From Flavipsychrobacter sp. (GTDB taxonomy: Bacteria > Bacteroidota > Bacteroidia > Chitinophagales > Chitinophagaceae): a stretch of DNA of 64,000 nucleotides. How positions within the stretch are numbered: the stretch's first letter is position 1; each line of letters begins with the position of its first letter. This document shows, one piece after another, positions 31,393-41,529 of the stretch. The position numbers and the translations under genes are program-made. The stretch covers positions 74,603 to 138,602 of the forward strand of contig JBGAQG010000001.1 of assembly GCA_044220845.1 (NCBI GenBank), read 5' to 3'. The notes beneath the pieces are model-generated. The model searched no databases and was not told the DNA's origin. It was given only the letters and a program-made list of their open reading frames with translations.

Positions 31393-33030
31393 ATGATACG
31401 TAAAATTACCCTGATGATACTCTTATGCTTTGGCATTCATGGTTTTGTGAATGCGCAAACAGAAGACTCAGTATCGATCTACCTGCCCTTCGGAACAGAT
31501 ACGACCTGCCCGGGAGTTCAGCTCGACTTTACAGCTATCGAGTCGAACGACACAGCTATCGGCTCTACGTTCCGTTGGTTCGTGAACGGTATTTACACCG
31601 GGGTATCGATAGACACATTTCATAGTTCTGCATTGGTGAACGGTGATATCGTAACGGCTAAGGTATACTATATGTCAAGCGGCGGCTTTATTGACAGCGC
31701 TGAGTCTAACAGCATCACTGTTTACAGAAGCACCGCAATTATGCCGGGTGTCCTGAACTCGATAACCGCAGGTAGCAACCCTGATTGCCCCGGCCACCCG
31801 ATCACATTCAGCGCCTACCCGATAAACGGAGGAACTGCACCCTTGTATTACTGGTACATTGATGGCATGCCGGTATTCGGCGCCACGAGCAGTAGCTTTA
31901 CGAGCATTTTTGGTGACGGAGACACGGTTTCTGTGATGATGGTATCTAACTCAACCTGTGCATTCCCTACCGATACCGCTTATTCTAATGGCATAGAAGT
32001 GATTCATGATTCGCTCACAGCAACGCTTACGATGTCGGTGTTCCACAACCCGATATGCGAAGGCTATGCAGATACTTTCAGTGCAGTGGTTACCGATGCC
32101 GGACTTGGCTCTACTATCTACTGGTATGTAAACGGAGTTCATGTGCCGGGCGCGATCGGACCTATGTATGTAACCGATTCGCTGCACAACACCGATATTG
32201 TATACTGCATGCTGGTGGCACCTGATTCTTGTGTGATCAATGACACAACTATCTCGTCTTCTATCACCATGACCGTGATACCGAACATCACTCCTACAGC
32301 AAGTATCGTGCTCACCAGTGGCGCTAACCCGGGTTGTATCGACTCCGTGATCACCTTTACCGCGACATATGGCTCTTCAGGTACCACTCCTGACTTCATC
32401 TGGTTGCTGAATGACACTGTAATTGCTACAGGCACTACAATACACACGCAATCATACGCTGACGGAGACCTGCTGAAATTCAGGGTGCGCACTACCGACG
32501 GTGGTTGTTATACATTAGACTCAGTGACCACTCCTGCCGTGCTTATGGTGCGCGATAGCACACCTGTAGCGCCATTGGTATCGCTGATCGACAATATGCT
32601 GGTGGCCAATACTGCCGGAACTTATGTGTGGTACTTCAACGGAGTTATCATACCGGGAGCTAATGCACAAACTTACCATCCGGGTGCTATGGGTTACTAC
32701 TATGCAGTACGCGACACAGGCAACTGCCAGTCTCGCCCGTCTAATGTTATCTATATCTCACTGCTGGACGTGAAAAACATCGCAGGAAGCAATGTGAAGA
32801 TATATCCTAATCCAACTACCGGTCTACTCACGTTCGATTGGGGCAGCGATAAGGTTAACGCTCACCTCACCGTTTACAACGTTGTAGGCCAGGTGATGAA
32901 GCAGGAAGAAATCATCAACAGGTCGAACTATGAAGCCGACCTCAGCATGCTGCCTGCAGGCAATTATGTGATATCGCTGAAGAATGAAGATGGTAGCGTG
33001 TCAACACATAAAGTGTTGCTATCAAAATAG
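31393..33030 (+). CDS. Secreted repeat protein with a T9SS C-terminal sorting domain
   Basis: 545 aa with a signal peptide. It has four ~95-aa modules of pattern CxG..(I/V)xF(S/T)A...(Y/F)xW(Y/F/L)(V/I/L)(N/D)G...GD. The C-terminal KIYPNPTTGLLTF...NYVISLKNEDGSVSTHKVLL looks like a Por secretion tail. Confidence 0.85.
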   Translation: MIRKITLMILLCFGIHGFVNAQTEDSVSIYLPFGTDTTCPGVQLDFTAIESNDTAIGSTFRWFVNGIYTGVSIDTFHSSALVNGDIVTAKVYYMSSGGFIDSAESNSITVYRSTAIMPGVLNSITAGSNPDCPGHPITFSAYPINGGTAPLYYWYIDGMPVFGATSSSFTSIFGDGDTVSVMMVSNSTCAFPTDTAYSNGIEVIHDSLTATLTMSVFHNPICEGYADTFSAVVTDAGLGSTIYWYVNGVHVPGAIGPMYVTDSLHNTDIVYCMLVAPDSCVINDTTISSSITMTVIPNITPTASIVLTSGANPGCIDSVITFTATYGSSGTTPDFIWLLNDTVIATGTTIHTQSYADGDLLKFRVRTTDGGCYTLDSVTTPAVLMVRDSTPVAPLVSLIDNMLVANTAGTYVWYFNGVIIPGANAQTYHPGAMGYYYAVRDTGNCQSRPSNVIYISLLDVKNIAGSNVKIYPNPTTGLLTFDWGSDKVNAHLTVYNVVGQVMKQEEIINRSNYEADLSMLPAGNYVISLKNEDGSVSTHKVLLSK

Positions 33031-33052
33031 ATCAACAACGCACTATACAACT

Positions 33053-33083
33053 AAAAATGCCCCGGTATCCCGGGGCATTTTTA
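33053..33083. terminator. Bidirectional intrinsic terminator between convergent genes
   Basis: AAAAATGCCCCGG-TAT-CCCGGGGCATTTTT, a perfect GC-rich stem flanked by an A-run and a T-run. Confidence 0.8.
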
Positions 33084-33103
33084 GTTTTTGGGAAGACAAG
33101 AAC

Positions 33104-33619
33104 TCAGCCTTCGTTATGGATCTCCATGCGGTAACTATCGCCTTCCTCGCTCACTATCTTGAAGCCACACTTCTCGTAAACACCCACTGCCGCCTTGTTG
33201 TCTTTGTGCACATAAAGATGAATGTGGTTGACGCCCTTTGAGAACGCAAGATCCAGCATGAGTTTTGCAGCCTTGGTCGCAAGGCCCTTGCCCCAATACT
33301 GCACCGCACCAATGTGGGTATGGAACTCACCCTTATCCCCGTCAATATCAGTAATGGTCACGTTGCCGATGTATTCGTCGGTGTCCTTGATACAGATGCC
33401 ATACCTCAGTGCGTTGGTCTGCTTCAACACACGCTCCATCCACTGCGCTTCAATCTCTTCTGTCACCAAAATATCCGGGCGCGAGCCGGTGTACTTCCAC
33501 ACTTCGGGATTGTTTCTCCAATGGTAGGCGATCAGGTGGTCGCCCATGCGCAAGGGTCTGATGTAAATGTCAATCATTGATAACTCTTTTGATGATCTCT
33601 GCCATATCAGACGCGTCAT
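33104..33619 (-). CDS. GNAT-family N-acetyltransferase
   Basis: Motifs WGKGLATKAAKLMLDLAF and AAVGVYEKCGF. The probable start is the ATG at 33577 (MIDIYIRPL). Confidence 0.85.
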   Translation of the reverse strand: MTRLIWQRSSKELSMIDIYIRPLRMGDHLIAYHWRNNPEVWKYTGSRPDILVTEEIEAQWMERVLKQTNALRYGICIKDTDEYIGNVTITDIDGDKGEFHTHIGAVQYWGKGLATKAAKLMLDLAFSKGVNHIHLYVHKDNKAAVGVYEKCGFKIVSEEGDSYRMEIHNEG

Positions 33620-34508
33620 AACGCTGATCGATCGGCAGGGTTATGAGATTGTATGCAAGGTCGTATTCGGTCGTATGATGAGGCATATCGGCTATAACAT
33701 TGGGCCAATAGGTGCCTATGTATATTTTGTGGCTGATGAGCCGTTGCATGATGTCGCGCGATGCCAGCAGCGGGTAGGATAAACCGGCAGCCACATCGGG
33801 CAGTTTCAACCGGTTCATCTGCTTCAGAGCCGCGTGCAGTGTACTGTAATTGGCGCGGCGGCGACTCAGCGCACGATCATAGTCAATAGCCCCCATAACG
33901 GCAGCCGTGGATCCTGACATGAGCTTTATCTCCTCGGTATCGAACGAATCTTCCACCTGGCGATAAAAACTGAAATGTTCATTTGCCGACTGATCGCGGC
34001 GGCCAACGAGGTGCTGATAGCGGTGAGCCGAAACATCGTGCGCAAACTGATGCTGCAATCTGTCGGTTGCGGCAACATAGGCTCCATCGGGCACGCCAAA
34101 GAACTTACGGCAGGAATAGAAAGTGTCTACACCGGCAATAGGGGCTGAATAGAACGAATGGGCATTGTCGACAATGAGCGAGGCATATTGTTGTGCAAGA
34201 CCCGCAACATACTCATCCTTCAACCCGAAGAAGTTTATATAAAGCAAACCAGCCCCCTGCGGCACTTCGAAAGGAGTGAACTCGAAGCTGTAATCAATAC
34301 TGTAAAACTCATAGTCTATCTCCAATCGCTTCAGCGGCACAATAAGTGCATCGCAGTGATAATGCGGCAGATACAGTTTATCGTAGCCACGCAACCGAAG
34401 AATGTACTCCAGCGCATTACGACCGGAATTAAGGCCTACCACATCGGTATGATAACCGGGACCACCGGCACCAAGCTCCATTTCCAGATAACCGCCTATC
34501 TCTTTCAT
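33570..34508 (-). CDS. Aminotransferase-like protein (DegT/WecE-fold, tentative)
   Basis: 312 aa with an N-terminal LNSGRNALEYILR segment. The call rests mainly on its position next to WbqC and GNAT genes. Confidence 0.45.
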   Translation of the reverse strand: MKEIGGYLEMELGAGGPGYHTDVVGLNSGRNALEYILRLRGYDKLYLPHYHCDALIVPLKRLEIDYEFYSIDYSFEFTPFEVPQGAGLLYINFFGLKDEYVAGLAQQYASLIVDNAHSFYSAPIAGVDTFYSCRKFFGVPDGAYVAATDRLQHQFAHDVSAHRYQHLVGRRDQSANEHFSFYRQVEDSFDTEEIKLMSGSTAAVMGAIDYDRALSRRRANYSTLHAALKQMNRLKLPDVAAGLSYPLLASRDIMQRLISHKIYIGTYWPNVIADMPHHTTEYDLAYNLITLPIDQRYDASDMAEIIKRVIND

Positions 34509-35218
34509 ATCAGTGTATAATTTTTGAGCAATTCGTTTACTTCACCCGGGGCTGTATTCATACATACATCAATGATAGACAAACTGCCGGTACCCTTCAG
34601 GAAATTCAGTTGCACACCATGAGGCGCAAAGTCTTCCGGCGCATACAGTTCCTGTCCGCCTATCGGATTGATGTAATGATCCCCCCCTTCGGCAGCAAGG
34701 ATATTGATCAGGTTCTGTACCCTGTCGTCTGTGCGTGCATAACCTCCTTCAGAAGAGACTTTGAATTTGGTTTCTATCCCCAGATATTGCGAGAAACGAA
34801 TGACACTATCGATCGCAAGCTGAGAGATTGTGTCGGGGCGGGCCGCGAAGATGGCATCCACTATGGGCATCACATCATTGTAGTAAGGCGCCTTTTTGTA
34901 CGATAGCCTCACGTTGGTCACAAACTTATCTACGTCCTTGGAGCGCCAGTTGACCTGTGTGTCATGAATGAGCCTGAATGAACTGGCATCCGTTAGCGGA
35001 ATGGTGAACAGAAACTCACGACCATTGGACATAATGCGGTTCCGGTTGATCCAGCCTCCCTTTATGAAATTGACATCGTCATAAAACACAAACGTATCTA
35101 CAGCCGCTACCAACTGGAAATAACCCAGGTACGGACAAAAATACGGCTGCATGATAGCTACTTTCATTTGCGAAGGATATAAACGGTATCCGCCCGTGAC
35201 ATGAGTGGTGGTGCGCAA
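34505..35218 (-). CDS. WbqC-family protein
   Basis: MKVAIMQPYFCPYLGYFQLV... is the characteristic WbqC N-terminus. The probable start is the ATG at 35167. Confidence 0.8.
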   Translation of the reverse strand: MRTTTHVTGGYRLYPSQMKVAIMQPYFCPYLGYFQLVAAVDTFVFYDDVNFIKGGWINRNRIMSNGREFLFTIPLTDASSFRLIHDTQVNWRSKDVDKFVTNVRLSYKKAPYYNDVMPIVDAIFAARPDTISQLAIDSVIRFSQYLGIETKFKVSSEGGYARTDDRVQNLINILAAEGGDHYINPIGGQELYAPEDFAPHGVQLNFLKGTGSLSIIDVCMNTAPGEVNELLKNYTLI

Positions 35219-35220
35219 AT

Positions 35221-36285
35221 TTAGCGGTTCTTCTTAGACTTTAACAACCACGGAAAAAAGAGTGTCACTGTGTAGTAACCCATCTCTTTGAGGTTGATAC
35301 CCTCAGAATACCTGAAATAGTTACCTGAGTTGGCCAACACATACTTCAGCTTCTCCATGCCATGCAGATCTCGGGAGAAATACATGAGAAGCGTGCGTGA
35401 CATCTGACCAAGGCGACGGCGGAAGATGGCATCGTATTTGCTGCCGAAGTGGGCGTTGGCAGCTTCATACATACCGAATAACTGCCTGTAAGCAAGTCCG
35501 CCGAACTGCCGGGTCTTGGTAACGCCGCCGGTGTGGTGACGGTAAACTGCTGTTTTGCCTGGCAGGTAACGGATCGGGCCCTGATCAGCCATTACAAGAT
35601 GTATCGCAATATCCCCGTTATTGGCCTCACGGAAAAACTGAGGCAACGGATCGGGCAGTTGATTGCGGAAAAACAATGTGGCGGTAGGAATGAACACACG
35701 CTCCGTCATGATCACATCCTCTATCGTAAGTAGTTCTTTATCGGGCTTTGTGAAAGGATCCGGGTGTTCGTCCGTGGTATCATTCAGCAAATCCACATCG
35801 GTGAAGCAGATCATATATTCGGGATTGGCCTCCATAAAGTCGGCCTGCCGCTGCAGCTTGGTAGGATCTGTCCAAAAGTCATCGCCCTCCAAAAACGCAA
35901 TGTACTTGCCACGACATCGCTTCATGGTTTGCATGGCATTCTGCTTTGCACCCAGGTTCTTTTCGGGAAACAATGGAAAGATGAGGTCGGGATATTGTGC
36001 CTGATACTTGCGGATAATGTCTCGGGTACCATCTATTGAACAGTCGTCACCTATGATGAATTCGACTCTAAAATTGTACCGTTGCTCTATAACTCCCTGA
36101 ATAGCACGCTCTATGTATTTTTCATGATTGTAAGAAATGGTACAGACACTTACGAGCGGTTGTTCAGTATTCATCAGCGGATCATCAGATTTTAGAATTT
36201 CAGAAGAAGCGGGTTGGGGGCTGAAACAGCCCGTTGCACCGCGAAAATACAGAAATAAAAAAAGGCCGGGTAAAGAATATGACAA
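35221..36285 (-). CDS. Family 2 glycosyltransferase
   Basis: Motifs VSVCTISYNHEKYIERAI, GDDCSIDGT and LEGDDFW. The probable start is the ATG at 36174 (MNTEQPL). Confidence 0.85.
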   Translation of the reverse strand: MSYSLPGLFLFLYFRGATGCFSPQPASSEILKSDDPLMNTEQPLVSVCTISYNHEKYIERAIQGVIEQRYNFRVEFIIGDDCSIDGTRDIIRKYQAQYPDLIFPLFPEKNLGAKQNAMQTMKRCRGKYIAFLEGDDFWTDPTKLQRQADFMEANPEYMICFTDVDLLNDTTDEHPDPFTKPDKELLTIEDVIMTERVFIPTATLFFRNQLPDPLPQFFREANNGDIAIHLVMADQGPIRYLPGKTAVYRHHTGGVTKTRQFGGLAYRQLFGMYEAANAHFGSKYDAIFRRRLGQMSRTLLMYFSRDLHGMEKLKYVLANSGNYFRYSEGINLKEMGYYTVTLFFPWLLKSKKNR

Positions 36286-36367
36286 AAGTCAGGAGCAACG
36301 AGCAATAAATGGATTAGCTTTGCGCCGATCAGATAACAATTCAAAAACGCTATTAATCTGAAAAATT

Positions 36368-37123
36368 ATGGGACCAAATTTCCTTAAAGAGGTTGTATAC
36401 GCTCCGTCAGAAAATTTCGCGAAAGAGTTTGGCGATATCCTGAGGAAATACAAGATCGTGCACCTTACCGGTGTGCCAAAGGGAACGGACTATAAAAAAT
36501 TCTACGAAGACCTGGTGGATCGGGTCGGTGAAATAGTAAACGTAGATGAAGACATACAAACCGGCAATGCCCGCGCTGCAGAGCGCTGGACAGATGTTCG
36601 GTACGACAAAGACCATCAGTACACCTTCAGGCATGCAAATGTGCGCCAGCCGCTGCATACCGACGCCGCTTATGTGAACTTTGAGCTGGACGTAAACTTC
36701 TTCTTCTGTACCGAAGCTGCAGAAATAGGTGGTGCCACAACGTTCATTGATTCTGACGACCTCATTTATATACTGGAAAAATTTGAGCCGGAACTGTATG
36801 CCAAACTGAAAACAGTAGAGGTAGACTTCGGCAAGGGCGAAGACCAGCGCAAACGCAGAAAGATCATTGATACCGATGAACGAGGTGTGAAGCTGAATTG
36901 GAACTACTTCCGTGTGATGCCCGACAACCCCGCTGACGTCATTGAAATGTGCGAGCAGTTTCATCAATTCTTGGAGAAGAAAATAGTAGAAGGTGGTCTT
37001 TTGTTCCCCGTATATCTGAAACCGGGAGATGCTGCTTTCTTCCAGGATGACCGACTGCTGCATGGCCGCAACTCTTTCTACGGCGCACGCACACTCATCA
37101 AGGGCGGATTCAACTTTAGCTAA
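36368..37123 (+). CDS. TauD/TfdA-family Fe(II)/2-oxoglutarate dioxygenase
   Basis: 251 aa. HxD in PLHTDAAY, then a distal LLHGRNSF. Confidence 0.75.
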   Translation: MGPNFLKEVVYAPSENFAKEFGDILRKYKIVHLTGVPKGTDYKKFYEDLVDRVGEIVNVDEDIQTGNARAAERWTDVRYDKDHQYTFRHANVRQPLHTDAAYVNFELDVNFFFCTEAAEIGGATTFIDSDDLIYILEKFEPELYAKLKTVEVDFGKGEDQRKRRKIIDTDERGVKLNWNYFRVMPDNPADVIEMCEQFHQFLEKKIVEGGLLFPVYLKPGDAAFFQDDRLLHGRNSFYGARTLIKGGFNFS

Positions 37124-38103
37124 TGAGCACCGCTCATATCTCCATTAACGGACTGATTGTCAACCGAATAGGATTTGGTTGCTGGCAACTTGCCGGTGCT
37201 TATGATCTGAACGGAAAACCGAATGGCTACGGCACGATTGATGCGGATGAGTCCGTACGCGCCATCCATATGGCATTGGACCATCGCATCAACTTCTTCG
37301 ACACTGCAGTAGCCTACGGTGCCGGCCGATCGGAAGATTTGCTGGGAGACGCATTGAAGTCTTATCGCGGTGCCGGAAAAGCTACTCCGGTCATTTGCAC
37401 TAAATATGGGATCATTGAAGGAACAGATAGTGACGGCGATGACTTCTCGGCTCCCAATATGGTAAGAAGTGTGGAACGCAGCCTGAAACGCCTGCAAACC
37501 GAATGTATCGATGTGTTGCTGCTGCACAACCCACCCGACGATATGGACCTGACCGAATTGGACAGAGAACCATTCGAGCGATTGATTCGAGAAGGCAAGA
37601 TAAGATCTTACGGCGTTAGTTGCCGCACCCAAAAAGGCGTCGCCAACGTTCTGAAGCACAACTTCGGCAGTGTTGTAGAAGCCGTTTATAATGTGCTGGA
37701 TCGCAGGTATGCCTCTTTCTTCTCTGATGAACAATATAAAGATCGGTACACCTTCATCTCAAGAGTGCCGCTGGCGTCGGGGTTTATAACACCGAGGACA
37801 CTGACAGAGAACCGGACCTTTTCTACGAACGACATCAGAAGTAACTTCAACGCCGAACAGGTGGAATGGGTGACCGGAGCCGTGCGGCAACTGGCTTTTC
37901 TGAATGACCTGGAAGGCGGCATAACGGTAAGTGCGCTGCGTTTCCAACTTTCCAACCGATACAATACACTCACTATCCCCGGCATCAAGAACACAAAACA
38001 ACTGAAAGACGCTTTGCTGGCAGCAGAGCTTGGCCCTCTGCCCGCAGACGTGGTCTCCGCTATTGAGGTGGCTGTTCCGGAGGTTTTCTATAGGTGGCGT
38101 TAA
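37123..38103 (+). CDS. Aldo/keto reductase
   Basis: 326 aa. Motifs FDTAVAYGAGRSEDLLG, DVLLLHNP and IPGIKNTKQL. The start overlaps the upstream stop. Confidence 0.9.
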   Translation: MSTAHISINGLIVNRIGFGCWQLAGAYDLNGKPNGYGTIDADESVRAIHMALDHRINFFDTAVAYGAGRSEDLLGDALKSYRGAGKATPVICTKYGIIEGTDSDGDDFSAPNMVRSVERSLKRLQTECIDVLLLHNPPDDMDLTELDREPFERLIREGKIRSYGVSCRTQKGVANVLKHNFGSVVEAVYNVLDRRYASFFSDEQYKDRYTFISRVPLASGFITPRTLTENRTFSTNDIRSNFNAEQVEWVTGAVRQLAFLNDLEGGITVSALRFQLSNRYNTLTIPGIKNTKQLKDALLAAELGPLPADVVSAIEVAVPEVFYRWR

Positions 38104-38146
38104 CGTCGGGAATTATGTTTTGCGTGAATTATGTCTATTTTTGGGC

Positions 38147-38563
38147 ATGGCCAAATCGTATGGGAACAAAAGCCTGCTCACTTCTTCACTGATATCGGTA
38201 GGATTACTTGTGCTGGCGTATTTTGTTGTACGGCACAGTATCGTATTTCTCCTGGTGGCGCTAGGCATAGTTCTGTACGATGTTTATATGTACTTCCCGA
38301 GGTATCAATTTGTTCGTATTGCCGATGATACACTTAGCCTGTCATCAGTAAACCCCATGCGTAAGCCAATATCGGTACCTACAACGGCAATCAAAAAAAT
38401 TATAATAGAGACCCACAACGACCTGCTTTACACCATCAGGATCAACACGAACACCGGAGAATTGACCGCACCGGTTATCATTTACCCCTCAGAAATGAAA
38501 GAACTTGCCGGAAGCCTCAAATCAATGGGGCTTCAGACAGAAACCGTGAAAGAAAAACAATAG
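38147..38563 (+). CDS. Small membrane protein (2 TM + soluble C-terminal domain)
   Basis: The track ORF starts at 38030 inside the reductase gene. The ATG at 38147 (MAKSYGNKS) avoids that overlap. Confidence 0.5.
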   Translation: MAKSYGNKSLLTSSLISVGLLVLAYFVVRHSIVFLLVALGIVLYDVYMYFPRYQFVRIADDTLSLSSVNPMRKPISVPTTAIKKIIIETHNDLLYTIRINTNTGELTAPVIIYPSEMKELAGSLKSMGLQTETVKEKQ

Positions 38564-38589
38564 GGCCAATCAGAGCACGTAAGCAGATC

Positions 38590-40041
38590 ATGTTGACAGA
38601 AAAGACCAATAACAGGCTGTATGTAATGGCGTTGCTGTTTCTTATTGCCAACTTCGCTTTTGCATTCTACCAGCATTACCACGCCATACTTGACGGCGAT
38701 ATGTCGCTGGTGGCTGTGCCGGCCCCCAACTTTGTGCGGGTACTGCACGACCCGCTGGGATTAGGCGTTCTGTTGCATGGCGATCACTACAATGCCACCA
38801 ACCGGTTTGTGTTGCATGCGTCCATTTATGCACACTTCCGAACGTGGCCCTTCTTTTTCCAGAAATTCACCGACCCTATCAGCAGCGTTTACCTGGCAAG
38901 CGCACTGGCAAAAACCGTATGGCAGATCGCGTTCACCTATCTTATCGGCGTTTATGTAAGCGGCAGCTTTCGCATATTTAACGGTCGTTTTCTGCTTGCT
39001 GCTGTCTTGCTGACACCATTGTTTCAGAACTGCGGCTACGTATGGGACATCGGCATCATAGACCCGCCTATCTCCTACGCATTCTCCTATGCCTTTTCTG
39101 TATTGTTGGTTGGCATCTTCTTTCTGCCATTCTTCCTCCTCTTATTTCACAAGCGCATCATCAACTTTAGTCCATTGCCGACTGGCGCTTTGCTGTTGCT
39201 TTCGTGGGCTGTAGCCTTTAACGGGCCGGTGAGTGCACCGGTCATCATTCTTGGTTGCGGATTCACATGGCTGGAGCTATTTCGCCAACACTGGATTAAA
39301 AACAATAGGATCCCACTCAACAACCGACTGACCACAACGATAAAAGAACTTCCGAAACCGGTGATGTTTATTACAGGCTTCGCGGTGCTGATGGCGTTCT
39401 ATTCTTTCTATGTAGGAAAGAACAATATTGAGAACTTCACCCAGCAGATGTCGCTTGCGGCACGGTACCAACGCCTGCCATCGTCTATTATACACATGTT
39501 CAGCGGCGAAGGATTGGTATTGCTGATGTCTATGATAGGGGTTAACCTCGCCTTCCTTGCAAGTGCCGGCACAACCGAAAGCCGCAAGATGCTGCGCCTG
39601 TTTGTATGGATAGCCATATTTGCATCGGCATATATGTTGCTGCTGCCGCTGGGTGGTTACCGCTTCTACCGCCCGCAGATAGTGCGTCGCGATGTAATGA
39701 CACCCGTCAATACGGTGCTCATCGCCTTCTATGTGCTTTCGGCCTACTATCTCATCACCAACATCCGACCGGTACAGTTCAAGTTATACTTGTTCATAGT
39801 GCTGATACCACTGGCGCGTTTGTTCCTCGCCGATAAAATGTTCAACCAGTTTGACAACAGCTGCGAGCGTAGAGCAATGTCGATGCTTGCAGCAGCAAAA
39901 GAAAAAGTGGTAGAACTCCCCGGCGACTGCACCGTAATGGAATGGTACAAGGTTACCACTCCCGCCGACTCTAAGAAGAATACCGACATGATGCGCGTTC
40001 TCGGGATCATCAACGAAGAGAAGCTATACTATCAGAAGTAG
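38590..40041 (+). CDS. Polytopic membrane protein (about 11 TM), function unknown
   Basis: 483 aa and strongly hydrophobic. It lies in the envelope-modification gene neighbourhood. Confidence 0.7.
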   Translation: MLTEKTNNRLYVMALLFLIANFAFAFYQHYHAILDGDMSLVAVPAPNFVRVLHDPLGLGVLLHGDHYNATNRFVLHASIYAHFRTWPFFFQKFTDPISSVYLASALAKTVWQIAFTYLIGVYVSGSFRIFNGRFLLAAVLLTPLFQNCGYVWDIGIIDPPISYAFSYAFSVLLVGIFFLPFFLLLFHKRIINFSPLPTGALLLLSWAVAFNGPVSAPVIILGCGFTWLELFRQHWIKNNRIPLNNRLTTTIKELPKPVMFITGFAVLMAFYSFYVGKNNIENFTQQMSLAARYQRLPSSIIHMFSGEGLVLLMSMIGVNLAFLASAGTTESRKMLRLFVWIAIFASAYMLLLPLGGYRFYRPQIVRRDVMTPVNTVLIAFYVLSAYYLITNIRPVQFKLYLFIVLIPLARLFLADKMFNQFDNSCERRAMSMLAAAKEKVVELPGDCTVMEWYKVTTPADSKKNTDMMRVLGIINEEKLYYQK

Positions 40042-40104
40042 GTATCAGCCGCGCTCTGTGCGGGTACTATTCGATTTATTTTTGTTTCTTTACCACAAAA
40101 AACG

Positions 40105-41523
40105 ATGCTTTTCAACTCGTTTGAATTTGTACTGTTTCTTATCACTGTTTACTTTTTATACTGGTTCGCTTTCAGTAGAAATCTGGCTGTCCAGAATATT
40201 CTATTGCTCGTTTGCAGTTATCTTTTCTATGGCTTCTGGGACTGGCGCTTCCTTTTCCTCCTCCTACTCTCCACACTTATAGACTATGGATTCGGTCTGC
40301 TTGTTTACAGAACGGAACGAAGGAAGAAGCTGTATCTATGGCTCAGCGTCTTCAACAATCTGGCAGTTCTGGGGTTCTTTAAATACTACAACTTCTTTGT
40401 TGGCAATGCGCAAGACGCACTGGCGCTTATGGGCCTGCACACCGACCCGTGGTTGCTGAACATAGTTCTGCCGGTTGGTATCTCCTTCTACACCTTCCAC
40501 GGCATGTCCTATGTGTTCGACATATACAATGGCAAGGTGACACCTACCCGGAACTTTGTGGACTACGCGGTATTCGTTTCCTTCTTCCCGCTACTGGTTG
40601 CAGGCCCCATCGAAAGGGCATCGCACCTGCTGCCACAAGTGCAGAAAAAACGCACCTTTTCGTTCGAACAATCGGTGGCGGGCATGCGCCTGATACTGTG
40701 GGGCTACTTCCTGAAGGTGGTGATAGCAGATACCCTCTCAGTATTCGTGAACGACATATTCGCCAACTACAAGACCCTCTCCGGCTCTACGCTGGTATTG
40801 GGGGCGGTGTACTTTTCCATTCAGATCTACGGCGACTTTTGCGGCTACACCAACATAGCGTTGGGCGTGGCAAAACTGTTCGGCTTCGAGCTGTTGTCGA
40901 ACTTCAGGTATCCCTACTTCTCGCGCAACATCGCGGAGTTCTGGAAGCGGTGGCACATATCACTTTCATCTTGGTTCCGCGACTATCTGTATATACCACT
41001 GGGCGGCTCACGCGTGAGTACGGCCAAAGTAGTGCGCAACACCTTTATCATCTTCCTGGTGAGCGGCTTCTGGCATGGCGCCAACTGGACATTCATAGCA
41101 TGGGGTGGCATACATGCACTGCTCTTCATTCCACTGTTGCTGAGCAATAACAACCGTAAGTTCACCAGCGAGGTGGTTGCCGCCAATACGCTACTCCCAT
41201 CGCTGCGGGAGACTTGGCAAATGACCGCCACCTTCGCGCTGGCCACCTTCGCGTGGATCTTCTTCAGAGCACCCGATGTGGGTGTTGCGGTCGATTATAT
41301 TCAACACATAGGGCATGGCCTGCTACAGATGCCGACCAAACGCCTGGGCATAGCCTATGTCATCATTCCGCTGGTGATAGACTGGCGACAACGGCACGAT
41401 GAGCGCACCGTGCTGAACTACAGGAACAGGCTGGTACGCTGGGGCATGTATGTGGTGCTGGGCACTGCCGTGTTGGTGTATTCGGTGTATAACCAGGGCA
41501 CATTCATTTACTTCCAATTCTGA
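40105..41523 (+). CDS. MBOAT-family membrane O-acyltransferase (AlgI/DltB-like)
   Basis: 472 aa. Motifs FWKRWHISLSSWFRDYLYIPLGGSR and FLVSGFWHGANW, which contains the conserved His. Confidence 0.9.
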   Translation: MLFNSFEFVLFLITVYFLYWFAFSRNLAVQNILLLVCSYLFYGFWDWRFLFLLLLSTLIDYGFGLLVYRTERRKKLYLWLSVFNNLAVLGFFKYYNFFVGNAQDALALMGLHTDPWLLNIVLPVGISFYTFHGMSYVFDIYNGKVTPTRNFVDYAVFVSFFPLLVAGPIERASHLLPQVQKKRTFSFEQSVAGMRLILWGYFLKVVIADTLSVFVNDIFANYKTLSGSTLVLGAVYFSIQIYGDFCGYTNIALGVAKLFGFELLSNFRYPYFSRNIAEFWKRWHISLSSWFRDYLYIPLGGSRVSTAKVVRNTFIIFLVSGFWHGANWTFIAWGGIHALLFIPLLLSNNNRKFTSEVVAANTLLPSLRETWQMTATFALATFAWIFFRAPDVGVAVDYIQHIGHGLLQMPTKRLGIAYVIIPLVIDWRQRHDERTVLNYRNRLVRWGMYVVLGTAVLVYSVYNQGTFIYFQF

Positions 41524-41529
41524 CGCGAC

